This document shows, one piece after another, positions 8,191-16,713 of a stretch of DNA of 32,000 nucleotides. Position 1 is the stretch's first letter. Each line of letters begins with the position of its first letter. The notes beneath the pieces are model-generated. The model did not search any database. It worked only from the letters and a program-made list of their open reading frames with translations, and had not been told where the DNA came from. A program made the position numbers and the translations under genes. This DNA comes from Edaphobacter aggregans (GTDB lineage Bacteria; Acidobacteriota; Terriglobia; Terriglobales; Acidobacteriaceae): NCBI RefSeq assembly GCF_003945235.1, contig NZ_RSDW01000001.1, positions 3,210,001 to 3,242,000 on the forward strand. Reading direction: 5' to 3'.

Positions 8191-8215
8191 GTTAGTTGAA
8201 TGATCAACTAACATG
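8188..8215. promoter_or_regulatory. perfect 12-bp-arm palindrome, probable TetR operator overlapping the tetR start codon
   Basis: CATGTTAGTTGA-atga-TCAACTAACATG at 8188-8215. The first CAT is the reverse complement of the regulator's ATG. Confidence 0.6.
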
Positions 8216-8406
8216 TAAAACATTGTCAATTAAATCTTTTAGATTCAGGCAACTGTCCTTCAACTTGAAGGAATTTATCTTTCACTCCAATTGGCTGCTC
8301 ACTCCGATCTCAGCCATCCAAACTTATAGAAAAAGAATGGAGGAGTAAATGAACCTCAAATCGAACCACCGCACTTGTAGCTGTTGGAACTATCCTTTCT
8401 CTCCCC

Positions 8407-8688
8407 ATGGCCAGCTTGGCCCAGCGAACCGAAACCCAGCAGCAGGCCCATGAACGGGCCGAACGTGAACAAACCGCCAAGGATCACCGCCATCACACCG
8501 GCGCGAAGATAGTCGGAGGCTCCGCAGCCGGCGGAGCAGTAGTGGGCGCGCTAGCTGGTGGAGGCAAAGGAGCCCTCATCGGCGGTGCAGTAGGCGCAGG
8601 TGGAGGAGCCATCGCCAACAAAGTCCGCAAAGACAAAGCCGTCGACAAGCGCGAACGCGAGGAATCCGGCTATCGGCAACCTCACTGA
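8407..8688 (+). CDS. glycine-zipper protein (YMGG/Gly-zipper-like); 5' end probably disrupted by a frameshift (see findings)
   Basis: Gly/Ala zipper GGSAAGGAVVGALAGGGKGALIGGAVGAGGGAIA flanked by charged segments. In-frame sequence upstream of the called ATG encodes a start-less signal-peptide h-region. Confidence 0.6.
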   Translation: MASLAQRTETQQQAHERAEREQTAKDHRHHTGAKIVGGSAAGGAVVGALAGGGKGALIGGAVGAGGGAIANKVRKDKAVDKREREESGYRQPH

Positions 8689-8701
8689 TTTCTTTTGAGC
8701 C

Positions 8702-11203
8702 CTAGATCTTCTGTACCCGCTGGACGTCCCGCACCCCCGGAACCCGCCGCAGATTCTGCACCAGCCGGTTCAGGTGCCGGACGTCCACCGTCTCAATCAC
8801 AAAATCAACAATCGCCGTTCCATCACCCTCAGGAGAAGGCTTCGAATCCACGCTCCGGATATTCGTCCCATCGTCCGAGATGATCGCCGTAAACTCCTTC
8901 AGCATCCCAGTCCGGTCGTCGCATATCACCGTCAGCTTCACCGGATACGTCTGCGCCTTAGCCGCCCCCGGCTCACTCGGCGTCGGAGCCCACTCCACCT
9001 GAATCCGCCTATCCGACTCATACAGCAAATTCTGCACATTCGGACAGCTCCTTGCATGCACCGCGACGCCCTTACCCCGCGTCACATACCCGATAATCTC
9101 CTCACCTCGGATAGGGTTACAACAACGCGCCCGGTACACCAGCAGATCGTCCTGCCCTTCCACCTGCAGCGAGTCCGAACCCTTCCCGAAGAAGACCCGC
9201 TTCACCGCCTCCGACATCTGCCCTACAGCATTGCCAACGCCGCTCTCGGGCGCCGCCGGCTCAGCCGCCATCGTCGAACCCGGCTCCAGCTTATTCAAAA
9301 CCTGCCGCGCCGAGTACTTGCCAAAGCCCACCGCCGCCAGCAGCTCCGCCTCTGAGCCCATGCCATACTCAACGGCGACCTTGTCATAATCCGCCGTGCC
9401 GTACTTGTTCAACGAAAGTTTGTACTTTCGAGCCTCACGATCCAGCAGCTTTCGCCCAATCTCCACCGCCCGCTGCCGCTGATGCTCATTCAGCCAATGC
9501 TTGATCTTGTTCCGAGCCTTCGAGCTCTTCGTAAAGCTCAGCCAATCCCGGCTAGGAGTATGCCCAGTCTGCGTCGAAATCTCGACGATATCGCCGTTCT
9601 TCAGCTTCGTCCGTAGCGGCACAATCCGCCCATTCACCTTCGCGCCAACCGTCGTATTCCCAACCTCGGTATGGATCGCATAAGCAAAATCAATCGGGCT
9701 GGCATCCTTGGGCAGCACCACCACCTTGCCCTTAGGCGTAAAGGTGTAGACCTCCTCCGGGTACAAGTCGATCTTCAGCGTCGACATGAACTCGTTCGGG
9801 TCGCTCATCTCGCGCTGCCACTCCATCAACTGACGCACCCACGCCAGCCTCTGTTCATCCTTGGCGCTTACATTGTCATCAGCCTTGTACTTCCAGTGAG
9901 CCGCAATGCCTTCCTCGGCCACCCGATGCATATCCTCCGTTCGGATCTGCACCTCGAACTGATGCCCACCTTCCGCAATCAGCGTCGTATGCAGCGACTG
10001 ATAAAGATTCGGCCGCGGCATAGCAATAAAGTCCTTGATCCGCCCCGGCACCGGCCGCCATATCGAATGCAGCAACCCCAGCAGCGCATAGCAATCCTGC
10101 ACCGAATCCGTGATCACACGGATAGCAAGCAGGTCATACACCTGGTCCACCGGAATCTTCTGGTCCTGCAGCTTCTGCTGAATCGAATAAAGCCGCTTGA
10201 TCCGAGACTCCACCCGCCCCGGAATCTTGAACTCCTTCAGCTTCGTCTCCATCTGCACAACAATCTTGCGCAGAAACTCCTCGCCCGCCCCACGCAGCGC
10301 ATCCACCTCATGCGAGACCTGCTCATACCCGAAAGGATCGGTATACCGAAACGCCAGATCCTCAAGTTCACCGCGCAGCTTACCCATGCCTAGCCGATGC
10401 GCCAACGGAGCATAAATCTCCAGCGTCTCCCGAGCAATCTTCTGCTGCTTCTCCGGCTTCAGATGCTCCAGCGTCCGCATATTGTGCAGCCGGTCGGCCA
10501 GCTTGATGATGACGACCCTTACATCCGTCACCATCGCGAGCAGCATCTTCCGAATATTCTCCGCCTGATGATCTTCGCGATTCGCGAACTTGATCTTATC
10601 CAGCTTCGTCACGCCTTCGACGATGTGCGCCACCTGCTCGCCAAACCGCTTCGCAATCTCAACCGAAGTCACATCCGTGTCTTCCACCGCATCATGCAGC
10701 AACCCAGCCGCAATCGCCGTCGAATCCATCTTCAACTCGGCCAGCACTTGCCCCACCTCAAGCGGGTGGATCACATAAGGCTCGCCGCTCGCCCGCTTCT
10801 GCCCCTCATGCTGCTGTAGGCAGAACGCCCAAGCCTTCCGGATGATCTCCAGATCATCCCCAGGCCGGTTCTCATGCACCGTCTCCAGCAGCTTCTGAAA
10901 CTTATCGTCAATTGTCCTGATATCGCTTACCGCAAGCCCCGCCAGATGCGAAGCCGAGGATTCAGACTCCACAATGTTCTCTTCGGCCTTAGGCTCGGAC
11001 GCCCCCACCGGCATCAGCACCCCCGAGATATCTGGAGCCGCAGCAGAGACCGTCCCCACGGGTATAGTCGGAGCCGCGACAGCAGGAGTCGCTTCCAGCG
11101 AAACACCTGCATCGATCTTGGAACTCTCCGGTTGGCCCTTAGGTTCGTTGTGCGACTCTGGCTCGGGGCCGACCTGCGGAGAGGCCGGGTTAGCGATTGC
11201 CAT
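8702..11203 (-). CDS. relA: bifunctional (p)ppGpp synthetase/hydrolase, RelA/SpoT family
   Basis: HD hydrolase motifs (YVIHPLEV, LLHDAVEDT). Synthetase region (RVESRIKRLYSIQQKL, DLLAIRVI, GRIKDFIAMPRPNLYQSLHTT, FEVQIRT). TGS domain (VYTFTPKGKVVVLPKDASPIDFAYAIHTEVG). C-terminal ACT-like domain. The N-terminus carries an unusually long low-complexity leader. Confidence 0.95.
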   Translation of the reverse strand: MAIANPASPQVGPEPESHNEPKGQPESSKIDAGVSLEATPAVAAPTIPVGTVSAAAPDISGVLMPVGASEPKAEENIVESESSASHLAGLAVSDIRTIDDKFQKLLETVHENRPGDDLEIIRKAWAFCLQQHEGQKRASGEPYVIHPLEVGQVLAELKMDSTAIAAGLLHDAVEDTDVTSVEIAKRFGEQVAHIVEGVTKLDKIKFANREDHQAENIRKMLLAMVTDVRVVIIKLADRLHNMRTLEHLKPEKQQKIARETLEIYAPLAHRLGMGKLRGELEDLAFRYTDPFGYEQVSHEVDALRGAGEEFLRKIVVQMETKLKEFKIPGRVESRIKRLYSIQQKLQDQKIPVDQVYDLLAIRVITDSVQDCYALLGLLHSIWRPVPGRIKDFIAMPRPNLYQSLHTTLIAEGGHQFEVQIRTEDMHRVAEEGIAAHWKYKADDNVSAKDEQRLAWVRQLMEWQREMSDPNEFMSTLKIDLYPEEVYTFTPKGKVVVLPKDASPIDFAYAIHTEVGNTTVGAKVNGRIVPLRTKLKNGDIVEISTQTGHTPSRDWLSFTKSSKARNKIKHWLNEHQRQRAVEIGRKLLDREARKYKLSLNKYGTADYDKVAVEYGMGSEAELLAAVGFGKYSARQVLNKLEPGSTMAAEPAAPESGVGNAVGQMSEAVKRVFFGKGSDSLQVEGQDDLLVYRARCCNPIRGEEIIGYVTRGKGVAVHARSCPNVQNLLYESDRRIQVEWAPTPSEPGAAKAQTYPVKLTVICDDRTGMLKEFTAIISDDGTNIRSVDSKPSPEGDGTAIVDFVIETVDVRHLNRLVQNLRRVPGVRDVQRVQKI

Positions 11204-11527
11204 AGGTCATTATAGGCTGCTCGTCCAATCGTTGCTCACCAGACAGTTGCATCACTTGCAGCTCGGCGATGAACTTTCCGAAACCCCGTTTCCAGAGAGC
11301 TATTTGAAGACCACATTTCGTGTCAATTATCGATTTTAGATTTGCGGGCAAGAGCAAGACACAATAGCGAAAATTCCTCTCGAACAGCTTGCACAATGGA
11401 CGGTCTGCGCATAGACTGCCCCCACCAAGTCTTCCCAGGGATTTTCCTACCTGTGTAGCGCGACATTTTCGGCCCCAAAATGTCTTACCCACCCATTTGC
11501 TGCTCTAGCAAGACAAGGAGTTGCTCA

Positions 11528-12859
11528 ATGACGGGGGAGCCCAGACAGCCAGTAGACACACGCACCTTAGCACTGGTCGCCTTCTCGGCGACGGGGGGTG
11601 CGTTCATCGAATATTACGATTTCATTATCTACGGATATGCAGCCGCCAGCGCGTTTCCGGCGATATTCTTTCCCAGATTGCCGCCTACCCAGGCACTCCT
11701 GTTCTCTTTCCTGGCTTTCGGTGCGGGGTTCCCAGCACGCTTATTGGGGGCCTTCCTATTCGGTCACTTCGGCGATCGCATCGGACGCAAGTTCACATTC
11801 GTGGTCAACCTCATCATTGTGGGAGCCGCCACTTGCTTAACCGGACTCTTGCCCGGCTATGCGAAGTTAGGAATCGCCGCCCCAATCCTTCTTGTAGTGC
11901 TGCGAATCCTGCAAGGAGTTGGAATAGGGGGGGAGTTTGGAGGCGCTTCTTCTTTGATTGGCGAATTTGCTGCGCAGCGACGCCGAAGGGCGTTCTGGAT
12001 GTCGCTGGCGACCCTGGGCGTCCCTTTGGGCAGTATTGGTGCCGCCGTTGTCCTGCTGATCATGAGCAAGACGTTCGCAACCACCGGTTGGCGGGTGGCA
12101 ATGCTCCTCTCTGTCGTGATGGTGATTCCGGCACTGCTGGCACGCTATAAGCTAGCCGACAGCCCCCTGTTCGAGCAGCTCAAACAAACAGGCAAGCTCG
12201 ATGCGCTGCCGAGCTTCGGTGTTCTGAAGCACCACACTCGTCCCGTGATTCTCCTCGCCCTGGTTTACGCCTTCCAAAACATGGGCGCATATGTAGCAGG
12301 AACCTACCTTATCTCATTCATGCGCTTTGCCGGTATCTCTTTGGCAACTACTGCCACGATCCTCTTAATTGGCAGGTTCGGAAGTCTTCTAGGCATACTT
12401 GCCAGCGGGCCCACTGCCGACTTCTGCAAGCGAAGAGTCACCGCATACATCGGGATCGGGCTAACAACGCTGCTCTCCTATCCTCTTACATTGGCCGTTC
12501 TGAGCAAGCGCATTACGCTGGTGACCCTCTTGGAGATCCTTGTTAATTTCATCAATCTTGGAATATTACTGGGGCTTGCGCCGATCCTGACCAATGAGAG
12601 CTTTCCGACAAAATTCAGATACTCTGGAGCCGGAATCTCCTTCAACTTCGCGGGCATTCTGGGCGGCATGATCGCGCCGTCGCTGCTGACGGGACTCATC
12701 GGGAAGGATGTCTTTCATAAGTGGTACTACATCCCGATCGTCTATGGCATTTACGCTGTCGTTGCCATGATTGCACTGCGATTCATCCAGGAGACCCGCG
12801 ACCTGAAGTTAGAGGATCTCGACCGGGCCGAGCCTGCTTTGCGCACAGTGCGAACATGA
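11528..12859 (+). CDS. MFS transporter (metabolite:H+ symporter-like)
   Basis: The ATG at 11528 has an AAGGAG RBS. About 12 TM segments. MHS-type motifs YDFIIYGYAA, GHFGDRIGRK and LRILQGVGIGGEFGGA. Confidence 0.85.
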   Translation: MTGEPRQPVDTRTLALVAFSATGGAFIEYYDFIIYGYAAASAFPAIFFPRLPPTQALLFSFLAFGAGFPARLLGAFLFGHFGDRIGRKFTFVVNLIIVGAATCLTGLLPGYAKLGIAAPILLVVLRILQGVGIGGEFGGASSLIGEFAAQRRRRAFWMSLATLGVPLGSIGAAVVLLIMSKTFATTGWRVAMLLSVVMVIPALLARYKLADSPLFEQLKQTGKLDALPSFGVLKHHTRPVILLALVYAFQNMGAYVAGTYLISFMRFAGISLATTATILLIGRFGSLLGILASGPTADFCKRRVTAYIGIGLTTLLSYPLTLAVLSKRITLVTLLEILVNFINLGILLGLAPILTNESFPTKFRYSGAGISFNFAGILGGMIAPSLLTGLIGKDVFHKWYYIPIVYGIYAVVAMIALRFIQETRDLKLEDLDRAEPALRTVRT

Positions 12860-12899
12860 TTGCTGCAGCCTCACCGGGCGAATGACTGCGACCGGCTAG

Positions 12900-13370
12900 T
12901 TACAACAGGCTCATAAGCTCCTCATGTGCCTGACGGCTAAAGCGAAACGGCCCGATGGAGCCGTAAGAAGCGCGGTCGATCGATTCTTCATGGGTGTTTT
13001 CGTAGCCAAAATCAGACCATATGACGTCGTCTACAGCAAACTCGATCTTCAGGGTTATAGCGCCGCATCCCACATCTCCGCATTCCGGACAAACATACAG
13101 GGAAACCCTGTCACCGGGAAGGTCGCCTCGCTCAAGACCCAAGAGGCGGCGCACGGCTTTTTGCTCCTCCTCAGCTGCTGGAGGAGAGATCCATAACGTT
13201 GAAACCCGATCAGACCGCCGCCCGATTTCGTCATACAGCGAGTGCCCATCAACGACAAAATCCAGAAAGCTACGATCCACGCGATCCGGGCCAGACACAT
13301 GTCGGTCCCGCTTCACCAGGTTGAGGGTAGAAAGACGTGTACTCACAACTGGACACCTCTCAAAATCCAA
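12900..13370 (-). CDS. hypothetical protein with CPECGDVGCG motif
   Basis: 156-aa ORF (TTG at 13370; alternative GTG at 13346 with GAGAGG upstream). Contains RVSLYVCPECGDVGCGAITLKIEF..VIWSDFGYEN. I recall similar uncharacterised proteins but cannot name a family. Confidence 0.55.
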   Translation of the reverse strand: MDFERCPVVSTRLSTLNLVKRDRHVSGPDRVDRSFLDFVVDGHSLYDEIGRRSDRVSTLWISPPAAEEEQKAVRRLLGLERGDLPGDRVSLYVCPECGDVGCGAITLKIEFAVDDVIWSDFGYENTHEESIDRASYGSIGPFRFSRQAHEELMSLL

Positions 13371-13464
13371 CCTTTAAAAACTCAGCTAACTATCAAATAA
13401 CAGGCCAAATAGAGTCTCTTCGACTTGGCCTATTAATTTCAATCCCCAAAATAGAACTAAGAGC

Positions 13465-13509
13465 AAAAGCCCCGATGCAGGATCCGAAGATCCCAGAACC
13501 GGGGCTTTT
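13465..13509 (-). terminator. intrinsic terminator downstream of acnA (bidirectional architecture)
   Basis: AAAA-GCCCCG..GGATC-cgaa-GATCC..CGGGGC-TTTT. A two-tier stem flanked by an A-run and a T-run, 41 nt after the acnA stop. Confidence 0.6.
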
Positions 13510-13549
13510 CCTGTCTTCATGATTCCGACCGCCGGATTAATCCCGGCCC

Positions 13550-16459
13550 CTAACCCTTGGCCGCCAACTGCCGCAGAACATACTGCAAGATCCCGCCATT
13601 CTGGTAGTACAGAATCTCCTGCGGCGTATCGATCCTTACCGTCACGGAGAACTCTGTCGTCTTGCCCTTGTCGGACTCTGCAAACACCGTCAGCGTCTTC
13701 CCATTGGCAAATTTGCTATCCAGCATCGCCTTCAGCTGTCCCGGAGTTTCTCCCAGAGCGAACACCTCCTCGCCAGTCAAATGCAGCGACTCTACATTCT
13801 GCCCCGGCAAAAACTGCAACGGCAGAATGCCCATACCAACCAGGTTCGACCGGTGAATCCGCTCATAGCTCTCTGCAATCACGAACCGAATCCCAAGCAA
13901 CCTCGGTCCCTTCGCAGCCCAGTCACGCGACGAGCCCGACCCATACTCCTTGCCCGCCAGAATCGCCAGCGGCGTCCCTCGCTTCGCATACTCCACCGAA
14001 GCGTCATAGATCGACATCGGCTTATCGTCCGGCAGCAGCCGAGTCACACCGCCCTCGGTCCCCGGAGCCAGCCTGTTCCGCAACCGCACATTGGCAAACG
14101 TCCCGCGCACCATCACCTCATGGTTGCCGCGCCGCGATCCATAGCTGTTGAAGTCCGCAGGCTTCACCCCATGGTCGGTCAGATACTTCCCCGCCGGCCC
14201 ATTCAGCTTGATCGACCCCGCCGGCGAAATATGGTCTGTAGTCACCGAATCACCCAGCACCGCCAGCACCCGGGCCCCATGGATATCCTCCACCGGCTCC
14301 GGCTGAGCCTTCATGCCATCGAAATAAGGAGCCTTCCGGATGTACGTCGAATCCGCCTCCCACCCATACGTATTACCAGCCGGAAACTTCAGATTCTGCC
14401 AGTTCTGATCGCCCAGCGAAACCGTGCTGTACTCATGCCGGAACATATCCGAATCAATCGAGCTACCCACCGTCTCCGAAACCTCCTGCTGGGTCGGCCA
14501 GATGTCCTTTAGGAACACTGGCTTCCCATCCTTGCCCTTACCCAGCGGCTCCGTATCGAAGTTATGCCCGATATGCCCCGCCAGCGCATAAGCCACCACC
14601 AGCGGAGGACTCATCAGATAATTCGCCCGTACCTCCGGCGAAATCCTTCCCTCAAAGTTCCTGTTCCCCGACAACACCGAAACCGCGACTAGCCCATGGT
14701 CCTCAATCGACTTCGAAACATCCGTAGGCAGTGGCCCCGAGTTGCCGATACAAGTCGTGCATCCATACCCCACAATCTGAAACCGCAGAGCATCCAGATA
14801 AGGCATCAATCCCGACTTCACGTAATAATCCGTCACCACACGCGAGCCCGGCGCCAGCGAAGTCTTCACCCACGGCGGCGTCTTAAGCCCTTTCTCCACA
14901 GCCTTCTTCGCCAGCAATCCTGCCGCGATCATCACATAAGGATTCGAAGTATTCGTGCACGAAGTAATCGCCGCAATCACAATGGACCCATGCCCCAGGT
15001 AAGGATCAGGATCGACCCCAAACCGGCTCTTGATCGACACCGCAGGAGCCTCCAGCGTAGCCACGCCGCCACCCTCAGCCTCGAGCGTAGCAACCGCAAC
15101 CACTGGCGCGCCCACAACTGGCGCCGGAGCCCCTATGGCACTCGCGACATCACCCGTAGCCGAAGTATGACCACCCTCACCCTCCCAGCGCACCAGCTGC
15201 CGCACCGTCTGGCTATTCGCATTCGGCCCCAGCAGAGCAGGCAACTGCTCCTTGAAGCTCGCGCCAGCCTTTGACAGCGGAACCCGATCCTGCGGCCTCT
15301 TCGGTCCAGCCACGCTCGGCTCCACCGTCGCCAGATCCAGTGCAATCGTCGCCGAATACTCCGCCTCAGCAGCATCCGTCGTATGGAACAGCCCTTGCTC
15401 CTTGTAGTACGCCTCGACCAGCGCAATCTGCTCTTCCGTCCGGCCAGTCAGCCGCAGATACCGCAACGTCTCTGCATCCACCGGGAAGATCCCGCACGTC
15501 GCCCCATACTCGGGAGCCATATTTGCAATCGTCGCCCGGTCGGCCAGCGGAAGCTCCGCGATCCCCGGACCATAAAACTCCACAAACTTACCAACAACAC
15601 CCAGCTTCCTGAGCGCTTCTGTCACCGTCAGCACCAGGTCCGTAGCGGTCGTCCCTTCCTTCAACTTGCCCGTCAGTTTGAAGCCCACCACCTGTGGCAC
15701 GAGCATCGAAACCGGCTGCCCCAGCATCGCCGCCTCGGCTTCAATCCCACCAACACCCCAGCCCAACACCCCTAATCCATTGATCATCGTCGTATGCGAG
15801 TCCGTCCCCACCAACGTATCGGGATACGCATAAACATTGCCCGCCGCATCCGGCTGCGTCGTAAACACCACCCGCGCCAGATACTCAAGATTCACCTGAT
15901 GGCAGATCCCCATTCCCGGCGGCACCGCCGAAAAATTCCGGAAAGCCGTCTGCCCCCACTTCAAAAACGCATACCGCTCGCGGTTTCGCTGAAACTCCAG
16001 CGCGGCATTCATGTCATACGCCCGCACCGTCCCAAACTCATCCACCTGCACCGAGTGGTCGATCACCAGCTCGGCAGGCTGCAGCGGATTGATCCTCTCC
16101 GGATTACCGCCCAGCGCAAGCATCGCATCGCGCATCGCCGCAAGGTCAACGACAGCAGGAACACCAGTGAAGTCCTGCATCAAAACACGCGCCGGCATGT
16201 AAGCAATCTCACGCGAGGGCTCAGCCTTCGGATCCCACGCCGCAAGAAACTTAATATCATCGGCAGTCACCGTGCGGCCGTCTTCATGACGCAGCAGATT
16301 CTCCAGCAGTATGCGCAGCGAGAAGGGAAGCCGCGCAAGGTTCACGTCGGTACCTTCCAGCGCCTTCAGGCGAAAAAGATTGACGGTCGTTGAACCGGAT
16401 TTCAGTGTGGATTTGCTCTTGAACGAATCGGGATGCGAAGTAGTCGGGGCGCTCGACAT
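13550..16459 (-). CDS. acnA: aconitate hydratase A
   Basis: Full-length aconitase/IRP signature: TLVGTDSHTTMINGLGVLGWGVGGIEAEA, IAAITSCTNTSNP, GYGCTTCIGNSGPL, NRNFEGR, and the swivel domain SSRDWAAKGPRLLGIRFVIAESYERIHRSNLVGMGILPLQF. Confidence 0.95.
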   Translation of the reverse strand: MSSAPTTSHPDSFKSKSTLKSGSTTVNLFRLKALEGTDVNLARLPFSLRILLENLLRHEDGRTVTADDIKFLAAWDPKAEPSREIAYMPARVLMQDFTGVPAVVDLAAMRDAMLALGGNPERINPLQPAELVIDHSVQVDEFGTVRAYDMNAALEFQRNRERYAFLKWGQTAFRNFSAVPPGMGICHQVNLEYLARVVFTTQPDAAGNVYAYPDTLVGTDSHTTMINGLGVLGWGVGGIEAEAAMLGQPVSMLVPQVVGFKLTGKLKEGTTATDLVLTVTEALRKLGVVGKFVEFYGPGIAELPLADRATIANMAPEYGATCGIFPVDAETLRYLRLTGRTEEQIALVEAYYKEQGLFHTTDAAEAEYSATIALDLATVEPSVAGPKRPQDRVPLSKAGASFKEQLPALLGPNANSQTVRQLVRWEGEGGHTSATGDVASAIGAPAPVVGAPVVAVATLEAEGGGVATLEAPAVSIKSRFGVDPDPYLGHGSIVIAAITSCTNTSNPYVMIAAGLLAKKAVEKGLKTPPWVKTSLAPGSRVVTDYYVKSGLMPYLDALRFQIVGYGCTTCIGNSGPLPTDVSKSIEDHGLVAVSVLSGNRNFEGRISPEVRANYLMSPPLVVAYALAGHIGHNFDTEPLGKGKDGKPVFLKDIWPTQQEVSETVGSSIDSDMFRHEYSTVSLGDQNWQNLKFPAGNTYGWEADSTYIRKAPYFDGMKAQPEPVEDIHGARVLAVLGDSVTTDHISPAGSIKLNGPAGKYLTDHGVKPADFNSYGSRRGNHEVMVRGTFANVRLRNRLAPGTEGGVTRLLPDDKPMSIYDASVEYAKRGTPLAILAGKEYGSGSSRDWAAKGPRLLGIRFVIAESYERIHRSNLVGMGILPLQFLPGQNVESLHLTGEEVFALGETPGQLKAMLDSKFANGKTLTVFAESDKGKTTEFSVTVRIDTPQEILYYQNGGILQYVLRQLAAKG

Positions 16460-16680
16460 AATGTCTTCTCCAATAGACGTGAGGGCCGTTTTTTCGGACG
16501 GCGACGGGTGAAGCCTATCAAATTTCCAGGGAAGGGGTAGAAACTAGGAACGACCGCGGTCAGGGCGACCGTGGCGGAAGCGCTTTAACATGGGTAAGCG
16601 ACCTGCCATCAACCTCATTTTACTGCGATTCCTCATCCAAGGTACACCCAACCTACTAAATCGCATCTCACTTACAAAGT

Positions 16681-16696
16681 CCGGGTTATAACCCGG
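16681..16696. promoter_or_regulatory. perfect 16-bp palindrome abutting the RBS of the downstream lipoprotein gene
   Basis: CCGGGTTATAACCCGG at 16681-16696, immediately followed by GAAGGAG and the ATG at 16714. Confidence 0.3.
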
Positions 16697-16713
16697 GAAG
16701 GAGCAATAAAACG

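Noticed and set aside
11190-11492. 100-aa minus-strand ORF filling the relA-MFS intergenic region.
   Set aside because: It would overlap the relA start. It has low-complexity, Cys/Arg-rich content and no RBS. The region is more plausibly a long divergent promoter or leader.
15005-15190. About 60-residue Ala/Val/Gly-rich expansion in AcnA (GEGGHTSATGDVASAIGAPAPVVGAPVVAVATLEAEGGGVATLEAPAV...) that makes the protein 969 aa.
   Set aside because: It sits in the segment between the PKRPQDRV and IAAITSCTNTSNP motifs, which I recall as length-variable among AcnA/IRP proteins. It is low complexity and shows no sign of an inserted domain or mobile element. I judged it a lineage-specific loop, not a novelty.
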